The position numbers and the translations under genes were made by a program. A model generated the notes under the pieces. The model saw only the letters and a program-made list of their open reading frames with translations, made no database searches and was not told the origin of the DNA. From Planctomycetota bacterium (GTDB lineage: Bacteria > Planctomycetota > UBA8108 > SXIK01): a stretch of 64,000 bases of DNA. Shown piece after piece: positions 51,172-60,152 of this stretch. The stretch is taken from NCBI GenBank assembly GCA_965223265.1, contig OZ244999.1, positions 4,160,001 to 4,224,000 of the forward strand, read 5' to 3'. Each line of letters opens with the position of its first letter. Within the stretch, counting starts at the first letter, position 1.

Positions 51172-51244
51172 AAAGTAGCAGGCACACTCCGTGTGCCGTC
51201 GCTCTTGTCAGAGACTGCGGCACACGGAGTGTGCCTGCTACTTT
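51172..51244. repeat. Inverted REP pair (REPIN-like)
   Basis: aaagtagcaggcacactccgtgtgccg ... cggcacacggagtgtgcctgctacttt. Confidence 0.9.
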
Positions 51245-51411
51245 TCCGGACAAGAGTTGTTCAACAGTCACAAACTTACTCAGAGGGCACAAAAGTGCGA
51301 AGGCCGCTGGAACTCGGTCAACTTGTCCAGCCAAGCCAGCTCGAAGTAGCCAAACTCGAGTTCAAGTTGATAGTCTACATCGAAACGTTGCAAACTGCTC
51401 TCAGGTGACTC

Positions 51412-52158
51412 ATGCGATACGAAACGGACGCTTCGAAGTTTCAGCAAGGGCGAACTTGGATCGGCGCTGCGATGCTGCTGGTGAGTTGGACCGCCGGCTG
51501 TGACCATCGCGTCGAGACCGCCACGCCGCCAGCGGCTGAACCCACTCAAAACACGGGCCAGACGTCAAGATCCGCACCAGCCTCCGACGATCGCCCTCTG
51601 GTGATTTTCTTGGGAGACAGTATCACCGCCGGGTTCGGCGTCCATCCCGAAGAAGCGTTTCCGCAGCGATTGGCAACACGGCTGCAGGCGGAGGACGTCG
51701 AGATTCGCGTCCTCAATGCTGGTGTAAGCGGTGATACGACGGCTGGCGGTCTCTCGCGACTCGACTGGCTGCTGCGCCAAAAACCGCAACTGCTCGTCGT
51801 CCAGCTCGGCGGCAACGACGCACTGCGAGGTCAGCCGCTCGAGTCGATCGAAAAGAACCTACGCGCCCTCCTGAAGCGAAGCCTCGAAGCGGGCTGCAAG
51901 ACTCTGTTCCTCGGCATGCGCATCCCCCCCAGCTATGGGCCCGACTACGCCGAGGGCTTCGCGGCCCTCTACGATCGGCTCGCCACCGAACTCGAGGTGG
52001 ACTTCGTCCCGTTCTTCATGGACGGTGTCGGCGGCGTCGCCGACTTGAATCTCGCCGATCAGATCCATCCGAACCCTCAAGGTCACGAGAAACTCGCTGA
52101 CAATGTCCTGCCCCACCTCAGGAAGCTGTTGCGCGCACCGCCGCGGCTCCCAAAGTAG
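51412..52158 (+). CDS. tesA: SGNH arylesterase / acyl-CoA thioesterase I, probable lipoprotein
   Basis: FLGDSITAG, NAGVSGDTTAGG, LGGND, DQIHPN; TAGC lipobox-like. Confidence 0.88.
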   Translation: MRYETDASKFQQGRTWIGAAMLLVSWTAGCDHRVETATPPAAEPTQNTGQTSRSAPASDDRPLVIFLGDSITAGFGVHPEEAFPQRLATRLQAEDVEIRVLNAGVSGDTTAGGLSRLDWLLRQKPQLLVVQLGGNDALRGQPLESIEKNLRALLKRSLEAGCKTLFLGMRIPPSYGPDYAEGFAALYDRLATELEVDFVPFFMDGVGGVADLNLADQIHPNPQGHEKLADNVLPHLRKLLRAPPRLPK

Positions 52159-52182
52159 CAGGCACGCTCCGCGTGCCGTCCG
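52155..52182 (+). repeat. Single REP overlapping the tesA stop codon
   Basis: gtagcaggcacgctccgcgtgccgtccg; the TAG of GTAG is the tesA stop. Confidence 0.8.
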
Positions 52183-52356
52183 GTCTTGCGTTTGCGTAGG
52201 CGCGGGCATGGGCGTGTGGGCGCTTTCTAAAAAGCAGACACGCTCGGAGTCAACAACGGAGTGCCTGGGCGTAAGGTTGTCCAGAGAATCTCCTTCCGAG
52301 TTCTTCTGAACGGATGCGAGCTACGGAATCTGGCAGTCCTTGGACACGCAGAGCTC

Positions 52357-52737
52357 TCAAGAGCGGTTCCCGCCATTCTTACGGTCGTATCGCTTCCGCG
52401 CCTTCTCGACGTCGGTCATGTGCTTGTCCCCCCACGCGTCAATGGCCTGCCCAACCGGTCCCAAGCTTTCTCCGAGCTGCGTGAGGGAATACTCGACGCG
52501 CGGTGGAATCTCCGCGAAGTACTTCCGTGAAACGATTCCGTCGCGTTCGAGCTCACGCAGCTGTTGAGTCAACATGCGCTGACTGACACCCGGAATGAGT
52601 CTTCGAAGCGCGTTAAACCGGAGCGTGCCCTCATTCTCCAAGGCATAGATAACCGCTGGCTTCCACTTCCCGCCGAACACATCGATGACGCGTTCGACTG
52701 GACACAGACCGTCGTGGCGAACTTGCTTCTTCGGCAT
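52357..52737 (-). CDS. HxlR-family transcriptional regulator
   Basis: CPVE...GGKWK, RFNAL, SQRMLTQQLRELE, PPRVEYSLT. Confidence 0.92.
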   Translation of the reverse strand: MPKKQVRHDGLCPVERVIDVFGGKWKPAVIYALENEGTLRFNALRRLIPGVSQRMLTQQLRELERDGIVSRKYFAEIPPRVEYSLTQLGESLGPVGQAIDAWGDKHMTDVEKARKRYDRKNGGNRS

Positions 52738-52855
52738 TCGTATACTCAGTTACCAAAATGTACCTGATTGACAAAAGGTACCAACAGAGCAACCATACCG
52801 CAAGACCGAACACGAAGGTCAGACGTTTCCGAAGCCAGTACGACGGAGAAGGACG

Positions 52856-53584
52856 ATGAACGACAAGATCAACCTCACGAGAAGGCAAGTGATCAAGGCG
52901 GGAGCCGCCGGTCTCGGGCTCTTCGGAATGTCCGAGCTCGCCCGTGTAGTGGTTGCCGAAGAAAAGCAGGGTGACGGACTGGACAAGATTCTGAGGAAGA
53001 ATTCCCAGATTCCCTACATTGGGCTCGCCGAAGACGGCCCTCTCTACCCGCCGGTCGAAATACCTTGGCTGAAGGACTTGACCTCGGTCGGCGCTGAAGG
53101 TGCCAAGCCGAACGGACAGGTGCTGTATCTGTTCGGCAAGATTCTCGACGCACGCGGTCGACCTCTACCGGGGGCATCTGTCGAAATCTGGCAGTGCGAC
53201 AACAACGGTACGTACAAGCACCCACGAGTCGACAAGCCCCTCGACCCCAACTTCGGATATTTCGGAAAGGTCAAGACCGGAGAGGACGGAAGCTACCTCT
53301 TCAAGACCATCGTCCCGCGCTGGTACGACATGTTCGGTACGAAGAGAGCGCCACACATTCACCTGAAGATGCGACATCGTAGGCACGGAGTTCTGACCAC
53401 GGAGACCTATTTTCACGGCAAGGAAGATGAGGAGATTCGCAAGAAGGACCGTGTGTTCCTGAGCCGTTTCACGCCGGACCGCATGATCGTCGAGAAGGAG
53501 TCGCCGACGAAATACAAGGACCTCAAGGTGTCATTCGACAAGGACGCAGTTTGCTGCAAGTACGACCTGGCATTCATTCTCTAA
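52856..53584 (+). CDS. Tat-exported intradiol ring-cleavage dioxygenase-like protein
   Basis: TRRQVIK; EDGPLYP; VEIWQCDNNGTY; RAPHIH. Confidence 0.85.
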   Translation: MNDKINLTRRQVIKAGAAGLGLFGMSELARVVVAEEKQGDGLDKILRKNSQIPYIGLAEDGPLYPPVEIPWLKDLTSVGAEGAKPNGQVLYLFGKILDARGRPLPGASVEIWQCDNNGTYKHPRVDKPLDPNFGYFGKVKTGEDGSYLFKTIVPRWYDMFGTKRAPHIHLKMRHRRHGVLTTETYFHGKEDEEIRKKDRVFLSRFTPDRMIVEKESPTKYKDLKVSFDKDAVCCKYDLAFIL

Positions 53585-53659
53585 GGAATCTCGCATGATC
53601 CAGAAGACCTTTGTCCTCCCCGCTCGCGCTGGAGGGAATCGCACTGCGGAGCAAAGAAC

Positions 53660-54265
53660 ATGAAGATCATTCTTGTGGGCGCCAGCGGCAAGATCGGCAA
53701 AGAAGTCGATCGCCTTCTGTCTGAAGAACACGAGCTGGTTCGCGTCGGGGCGACAAGTGGAGACGTGCGATGTGACTATTCGGATGAGGACTCTGTCCGA
53801 GAAATGTTCCATCGTGTGACAAGGTTCGACGCCCTGATTTGCGCTGCCGGACGTGATAGCTCCTTCAAGTCGTTTGAGACACTGACTAGCGACGACTATC
53901 GATACGGATTCGAGCGGAAATTTCTAGGTCAAGTCCGCCTCGTGACACTCGGTCAGCAGCACATGCTCGACGACGGCTCGTTCACCTTGACGAGCGGCTT
54001 TCTGAGCCACTACCCGAACGCCGCGAGCATAGCGACAGGACCGCTCAATAGTGCTGTCGACACCTTCGTATCCAACGCTGCGCCGCTGCTTCCACGCGGA
54101 ATTCGCTTGAACGTCGTGAGCCCAGCGCCGGTTGTGGAGTCCGGTCAGGAAACGAGGGGGACGGTCACCGCGGAACAGACGGCGAAATACTACGTCAAGG
54201 CTATCCAGGGCGACATGACTGGCCAGGTCTTGCGAGCTTGGGGCGGGCTTCCGGTTCCCGGTTGA
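53660..54265 (+). CDS. Short-chain dehydrogenase
   Basis: IILVGASGKIG, KFLGQV, GSFTLTSG, IRLNVVSP. Confidence 0.88.
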   Translation: MKIILVGASGKIGKEVDRLLSEEHELVRVGATSGDVRCDYSDEDSVREMFHRVTRFDALICAAGRDSSFKSFETLTSDDYRYGFERKFLGQVRLVTLGQQHMLDDGSFTLTSGFLSHYPNAASIATGPLNSAVDTFVSNAAPLLPRGIRLNVVSPAPVVESGQETRGTVTAEQTAKYYVKAIQGDMTGQVLRAWGGLPVPG

Positions 54266-54459
54266 GCCGCTTCGTCACCGTTGATGCACGCATCTCGTCG
54301 GTACTCAGCGACGGGTTTCGAGCAGACGGTACAAGTCCAAGGCATTGTTCGTGCCCTGCAATGCGACGGGTCTCGAGGTCACCAGAACTCGCTGACAACA
54401 TGCTCAGGCGTGGCTTGCCTCCGTCGGCGAGGGCGTTTCGACTCCGACGAATTGACCCC

Positions 54460-55854
54460 TTACAGCAACTCTCTGATCACCGAACCGCCTTCGGTGACGA
54501 TCGGCACTGGACGACCCTGGGGGTTCACCCAGTGTGCCTGCGTGTCGATGCCGAGGAAGTGGAACACCGTCGCCGCGAGGTCAGATGGGGACACCGGACG
54601 ACGAGTGATCGCGCCGCCCTTTGCATCCGTTGCCCCGATGACCTGGCCGTGCCGCAGGCCACCGCCTGCCACCAGCATCGACATCACCGGGAGCCAGTGG
54701 TCGCGTCCCGCGTCCTTATTGATGAAAGGCGCACGGCCGAACTCGCCGAGCATCAAGACGAGCGTGCTGTCGAGGAGCCCGCGGGCTTCTAGGTCTGTGA
54801 TCAGCGCGTAGAGTGTGCGGTCGATCGTCGGCAGGATCGGCGTGAGGCCCTTCTCGATGCCGCCCCAGCGGACGCTGTCGCCATGGTGATCAAAGTATCC
54901 CCAGGCGCCGCTGACGAGGACATACGTGACGCCAGCCTCGACCAGTCGGCGCGCGACGAGGGCCTTCTCGCCGATGCTATCGCGGCCGTAGGCGTCGCGC
55001 ATGGTCTCCGGTTCCTGCTCGAGCTCGAACGCTCTTTGAGCCCGTCCCGACAGCACCATTTCGAAAGCCCGTTGGCTGTAGTGGTCGAGTTTCGCCATCG
55101 TGTCTCCGCGGTCGACGGTACGCGAGAGCCGATCGAACTGCAGGCGCAGGCTATTGCGGTCTTCGAGACGGTCGAGGCGAATTTCCGGCGGAAATGCGAA
55201 GCGTCCGGCGAGCTCCGCCCCCTTCACCGGTTCGAACTCACTGCCCAGGTGTCCGGCACCCCAAACGTCAGCACGCATCGAGTCCGCCATACCGACGAAT
55301 GCGGGCATGTCAGGGTTGTTCGGGCCGCGGAACCTTGCCGCCACCGAACCCATCGACGGGTAGCCGCCGCCATCGCGGCCATCATTCGTCCGCCGCGCCA
55401 GCGGGTTGCCGGCCTGCAGCGTGATCGGGGTATGGTTACTTGCCAGACAGTCCACCGAGCGAATCACCGTCAGCTTGTCCATGATGCTCGCCTGGCGTGG
55501 CAAGTGCTCGGAGAAGCGGATCCCGGGGACATTCGTCGCGATGCTACCGAAGGGGCCGCGGCTTTCGACCGGTGCATCTGGCTTCGGATCCCACATGTCG
55601 ACCTGACTGGGACCACCCGAAAGCCAAAAGAGGATGACGCTCTTCGGGTCGTTGGACGCGGGAGTGTGTGCCGCGGCTTCAGCCTGGGCCCTCAAGATCG
55701 AAGGAAGAGACAGCCCTGCCACGCCAGCGAGCCCAGTCTGGAGAAACCAGCGGCGGGACGAACCGGCGCGGATGAGGTCTCCCCCCGCCGGTCGGAGACG
55801 GGACTGAGGCGTTCCCCTGACGTGCTCGAGATCGTGAGCAATCTTGGCTCTCAT
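54460..55854 (-). CDS. DUF1501 protein (Tat signal)
   Basis: SRRWFLQ, WLSGGPSQVDMWDPKP, GEFGRAP, GRDHW. Confidence 0.92.
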   Translation of the reverse strand: MRAKIAHDLEHVRGTPQSRLRPAGGDLIRAGSSRRWFLQTGLAGVAGLSLPSILRAQAEAAAHTPASNDPKSVILFWLSGGPSQVDMWDPKPDAPVESRGPFGSIATNVPGIRFSEHLPRQASIMDKLTVIRSVDCLASNHTPITLQAGNPLARRTNDGRDGGGYPSMGSVAARFRGPNNPDMPAFVGMADSMRADVWGAGHLGSEFEPVKGAELAGRFAFPPEIRLDRLEDRNSLRLQFDRLSRTVDRGDTMAKLDHYSQRAFEMVLSGRAQRAFELEQEPETMRDAYGRDSIGEKALVARRLVEAGVTYVLVSGAWGYFDHHGDSVRWGGIEKGLTPILPTIDRTLYALITDLEARGLLDSTLVLMLGEFGRAPFINKDAGRDHWLPVMSMLVAGGGLRHGQVIGATDAKGGAITRRPVSPSDLAATVFHFLGIDTQAHWVNPQGRPVPIVTEGGSVIRELL

Positions 55855-56005
55855 GAGTGCCTCCGGCGTGAATTGAGCGTTCTATAGCTCTGCGCAGGAT
55901 TATACGAATTCTACCGACTGGATTGCGAGCCTGGGGGTCTCATCAAGCCACCGAATTCGCGGGCTGGCGACCACAGATCGTCCAAAAAATCGCACTGCGG
56001 GCCAC

Positions 56006-57661
56006 TCACTCCGGCTTCTTGAGCCCAAGCTTCTTCATCCGCGACGAAAGCGTCGTTGGATTCACTCCGAGCAGCTCAGCCGCACCTCCCGTGCCGTAGA
56101 TCTTCCAGCGTGACTTGGTGAGTGCATTCAAAATGTTGTCGTGTTCACGTCGTCGCATCTCATCATCTGGGATCACTTCGGCATCAGAGTCTTCGCTGCT
56201 CCTCGGCACGCCGTCCGTCACCGAACTTGTTGCAGAGATCGGGCCCGAAGCCGGTCTCGACACCGCCGAAGACGGAGTCAATTCGTCGAGACGCAAGTCA
56301 CCCGAGCGCGAGAGAATGACGGCCCTTTCCATGACGTTCTGCAGTTCACGGACATTTCCAGGCCAGTCGTAGCTCTGCAGTCGCATGACATTCGCCTGCG
56401 TGAGTCGAGGACGTGCGAGGTTGAACTTCTTCGCCCCAGAGTTGAGAAAATGGCTGGCAAGCAGGGGAATGTCCTCCTTTCGCTCGCGAAGCGGCACGAC
56501 TTCCACCGGGAAGACGTTGAGCCTGTAGTAGAGGTCTTGGCGAAAACGCCCCTCGGTGACCTCCTCCTTAAGGTTTCGATTCGTCGCTGCGACGATTCGC
56601 ACGTTCACGTTCCGTGTCCTTTCCTCGCCGACGCGCTCAAACTGCCCTTCCTGCAAGACTCTGAGCAGCTTACTTTGCAGTTCGAGTGGAATCTCCCCCA
56701 CTTCATCGAGGAAGAGTGTTCCCCCGTCCGCGAGCTCGAACCGTCCCGTCCGATCCTTGACAGCCCCGGTGAACGCTCCTTTGACGTGACCGAAAAACTC
56801 GCTCTCGTAGAGTTCTTTGGGAATGGACGCGCAGTTGACTTTGATGAGCGGTCGATCATGTCGCGGGCTTTGTTTGTGGATTTCCCGGGCGACGAGTTCC
56901 TTGCCAGTTCCGGACTCGCCGAGGATCAGCACACTCGCTTCGGTCGGCGCGACAAGCTCGATCTGTTCGAGTACCTGCCGCAAGCCGGCACTCTCTCCGA
57001 TGATGTCACCGAATGCCTTCGCCTCGGTCACTTCTTCCTTCAGGTAGGCGTTTTCGAGTTCGAGCTGGGCGCGGAGCTGCTCGATCTCTTCGAAGGCGCG
57101 AGCATTGGCGATGGCCGAAGCTGCGTGGTCTGCGATCATCCGCAGCCACACGAAGCCCTCGTGAACGAACGGAACGCGCGTGAAGACGGCGATGACCCCG
57201 AGCACCTCTCCCTTGAAGACCAGAGGCTGCCCGCCGAAGCCCCGGATCCCTTCGTCTTCAGCCCACTGCGGTCGCGCCAGCCACCGGCTGTCCTGACCCA
57301 CGTCGGCAACCTCGACCGGCTTCCCCGTCGCGGCGATGTGACCCACCTTCCGCACACCAATCGGAAAACGTCTGAAGTCCCCGTCGAGCCGCGACCAATC
57401 GCCGCCAGCATTTGAGAGCGACTGGCCGGCGCTTACCACGAGGTGCAGGCACGAGGTTTGATCCGGGCATGTCTCTCGCATCGGACACGAGTCACAAATG
57501 TCACCGGCTTTCACGAGCCAGATTCGCACTAAAGCAGTGTGCGTTCGTGCTGCGAGACGGCTGACGATCAAATCGAGCAGCGCGTCAAGGGATCTCTCCT
57601 GCGCCATGTCGAGGAGCAGGCACTTGAGTGATTCAAACTCCCCTTCGGTCTCGGTACTCAT
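56006..57661 (-). CDS. GAF-domain sigma54-dependent activator (FhlA/NifA-like)
   Basis: [31 protein letters not shown]-terminal HTH; start may be 57676. Confidence 0.93.
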   Translation of the reverse strand: MSTETEGEFESLKCLLLDMAQERSLDALLDLIVSRLAARTHTALVRIWLVKAGDICDSCPMRETCPDQTSCLHLVVSAGQSLSNAGGDWSRLDGDFRRFPIGVRKVGHIAATGKPVEVADVGQDSRWLARPQWAEDEGIRGFGGQPLVFKGEVLGVIAVFTRVPFVHEGFVWLRMIADHAASAIANARAFEEIEQLRAQLELENAYLKEEVTEAKAFGDIIGESAGLRQVLEQIELVAPTEASVLILGESGTGKELVAREIHKQSPRHDRPLIKVNCASIPKELYESEFFGHVKGAFTGAVKDRTGRFELADGGTLFLDEVGEIPLELQSKLLRVLQEGQFERVGEERTRNVNVRIVAATNRNLKEEVTEGRFRQDLYYRLNVFPVEVVPLRERKEDIPLLASHFLNSGAKKFNLARPRLTQANVMRLQSYDWPGNVRELQNVMERAVILSRSGDLRLDELTPSSAVSRPASGPISATSSVTDGVPRSSEDSDAEVIPDDEMRRREHDNILNALTKSRWKIYGTGGAAELLGVNPTTLSSRMKKLGLKKPE

Positions 57662-57797
57662 GCAGTCAATTTCCATGAACTCTCGTGGCCCTTCAACGGC
57701 TTTTCGTGGCGAGGGGTGGCATCTCGCGATCGCGCGCGGGGTGCGGCTGAGCTCACAACTTACTCTTGAACCATGTTTTACAGAGCGCACGAGCCAA

Positions 57798-57813
57798 TGG
57801 CACGCGCCGTGCT
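57798..57813 (+). promoter_or_regulatory. sigma54 -24/-12 promoter
   Basis: TGGCACGCGCCGTGCT, 51 nt upstream of the AhpD-like gene, divergent from a sigma54 activator. Confidence 0.8.
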
Positions 57814-57864
57814 CTCCCTTCCATCGCTTTTGCTCGCCCAAGGTACACCCAATGGAGACATGAC

Positions 57865-58404
57865 ATGACCCAGCTCAAAACCGTCGATCCCAATGCGTCG
57901 CCGCCAAAGACCAAGGATCTTCTGGATGGAATCCAGACGCGACTCGGGATGGTCCCAAACATTCTCGCGGCCATGGCGAACTCGCCGGCGGCACTCGAGG
58001 CCTACACAACCTTCAGTAACGCACTTTCGAACGGCGAACTGCCGGCGAAGCTGCGCGAGCAAATCGCACTTGTCGTAGCGGAAGCAAACGACTGCGACTA
58101 CTGCGTGGCGGCGCACAGCGCGGCCGGGAAAGCACTCGGCCTGAGCGACGAGCAGATTCGCGACAGCCGCGCCGGAAGCTTTCCCGAGCGCAGAGTCGAT
58201 GCAGCGCTCCGCTTTGCGCTGGAGCTGGTCGAGAAACGCGGCTGGGTGGACGAGCAAAGCGTCTCTCGATTGCGCGCCGCCGGATTCGGCGACGGCGAAA
58301 TCGTGGAAATCGTGGCCAACACGGCGTTCCACATCTTCATGAATTACTTCGACCACGTGGCGAGGCCGCGACTCGATTTTCCAAAGGCATCTGACCTGGC
58401 GTAA
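57865..58404 (+). CDS. AhpD/CMD-family peroxidase-like protein
   Basis: GMVPN, MANSPAAL, REQIAL, CDYCVAAH. Confidence 0.9.
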   Translation: MTQLKTVDPNASPPKTKDLLDGIQTRLGMVPNILAAMANSPAALEAYTTFSNALSNGELPAKLREQIALVVAEANDCDYCVAAHSAAGKALGLSDEQIRDSRAGSFPERRVDAALRFALELVEKRGWVDEQSVSRLRAAGFGDGEIVEIVANTAFHIFMNYFDHVARPRLDFPKASDLA

Positions 58405-58437
58405 TCGCCAATTGTTGAGAGCCGAAAGGAGCCATCC

Positions 58438-59175
58438 ATGTCCCTACAAACCAACACAGCGTTGATTACCGGTGCCTCCAGCGGCATCGGTTTGGACATC
58501 GCTCGCGCCTTCGCTGCCAAAGGAGTGAATGTCGTCATCAACGGTCGCGACGAAAGCAAGCTCATGCAAGTGGCGGAGCAGTTAGGGCCTGCAGACAAGG
58601 TTGCCGCTGTCGCCGGGAACATCGGCGATTCCGAAACCGGCCAGGCGATGGTGAGCATCGCCGTCGAGCGATTCGGGAGTGTCGACGTGCTCGTCAACAA
58701 TGCGGGGACCTTCGGCGTCAAGCCTTTCGTCGACGTCACCCAGGCCGATCTCGACGGATACTTGAGCGGCAATCTCAAAGGCACTTATCTCACGACGCAG
58801 GCAGCTGTTCGTCAGATGCAGCGTGAAGGAGGTGGTGCGATCGTCAACATCGGCACCGTGCTCGTCGATCACGGCATGTCTGGCCTGCCGGCGTCCGCGG
58901 CGCTCGTCTCAAAGGGTGGCATCCACGCACTCACGATCAGCCTTGCCGCCGAACTGGCAAGCGACAACATCCGCGTCAACGCCGTCGCCCCTGGTGTGAT
59001 CCGAACTCCCATCTACGCGGGCGCCGACGTCGACGTTTTTGGGGACGTCGCGCTTCTCAACCGCGTCGGTGAAGTCAACGAAACCACCGAAGCTGTGCTC
59101 TACCTCGCCAACGCCAACTTCACGACCGGACACATTCTGCGCGTCGACGGCGGCTATGTCACGGGTCGGCGCTGA
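58438..59175 (+). CDS. SDR oxidoreductase
   Basis: TGASSGIG, NNAG, VSKGG, VNAVAPG, RVDGG. Confidence 0.92.
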   Translation: MSLQTNTALITGASSGIGLDIARAFAAKGVNVVINGRDESKLMQVAEQLGPADKVAAVAGNIGDSETGQAMVSIAVERFGSVDVLVNNAGTFGVKPFVDVTQADLDGYLSGNLKGTYLTTQAAVRQMQREGGGAIVNIGTVLVDHGMSGLPASAALVSKGGIHALTISLAAELASDNIRVNAVAPGVIRTPIYAGADVDVFGDVALLNRVGEVNETTEAVLYLANANFTTGHILRVDGGYVTGRR

Positions 59176-59511
59176 AGAGTAGACGAGCGCGTCATAGGCG
59201 GTGAGCAGCGATTTCGACTCGCGACGACGTGTGTCGACGCATCGAGGTCCGAGACAGCGCCCCCGACCGTACGATGAGCGCTCGAGGTCCGCGGGGTTGA
59301 TCCGCGTCATCCGCACCCAGCTTCGGCGGACAAGTCTCGCATGCTGTGTGGCCTCGGTCGAGCACTCGGGTGAGTTCTCATCGGGACGTCTTCCGCTCCG
59401 TTTCAAAGTTGGCTATTATCGATCGCGATCGTATCGCTCGCTCGGGGTCGACAGAATCGTCTGGACCCTGAACGCCATATCGTGTGTACAGGAAAAGAAA
59501 GGGGTGCACGG

Positions 59512-59766
59512 ATGTACAGTTCACGCGACGTCACGCCGACTACGGAGACGCGCCGACGACCGACCGTTCGCTACGCGCGTCTCACGGTTCTGGCCTTACT
59601 CTTCGGCGCGCTCATCGGAGTCACTGGCTGCTCTGTATTTACGGGCCAGATAGAAGTGACCGGCACAGACCAGCGGCTCATCGTTGGTCACGACGCCTGG
59701 CCGTTCAAGCGCATCTGGGTACTCGAGAACGGTAAGTTTCACAACGTCAATGTGAGGTTCCAATGA
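59512..59766 (+). CDS. Small putative lipoprotein
   Basis: RBS aagggg; hydrophobic stretch ending VTGC. Confidence 0.55.
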   Translation: MYSSRDVTPTTETRRRPTVRYARLTVLALLFGALIGVTGCSVFTGQIEVTGTDQRLIVGHDAWPFKRIWVLENGKFHNVNVRFQ

Positions 59767-59975
59767 ACAGAACGATTCGAAGATTGGTTACCTCCGCGAT
59801 TCTTCTCGGCAGCTTCGTGACGATGCTCGGTTGCAGCGCGTTCACGTCAATCAGCCGCGACACGAATGGGGATTACGTCATCACAGGCTGGGAGGCACCG
59901 GGGCCTCACGGCATCGTGTGGATTTGTGACTATGACCCAGCGACGAAAACGTTGACTGTGAAAGAGAGGTACTAA
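59763..59975 (+). CDS. Small putative lipoprotein
   Basis: ATGA overlap; MNRTIRRL...MLGC lipobox. Confidence 0.6.
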   Translation: MNRTIRRLVTSAILLGSFVTMLGCSAFTSISRDTNGDYVITGWEAPGPHGIVWICDYDPATKTLTVKERY

Positions 59976-59980
59976 CTCAA

Positions 59981-60152
59981 CAGCCCGTTGGAAAAGTCAT
60001 TCGGCCGAACAAACTCTTCGCGCCCAGCTCGACCGCGTCAATACTCGCCATCAGAATCGAAAGAAGAGGGCCGGAAGATTGCCTGCGTTTGCCGCGGCCG
60101 ATCTGGACGCGAAGAGACCATTTTCGGCTCGAAGCATTTTATCAACAGGCTG
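59981..60152. mobile_element. MITE copy 2, 172 bp, inverted relative to copy 1
   Basis: cagcccgttggaaaagt...ttttatcaacaggctg; interior is reverse-complementary to 1362-1520; flanks tcaa/tcag. Confidence 0.8.
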
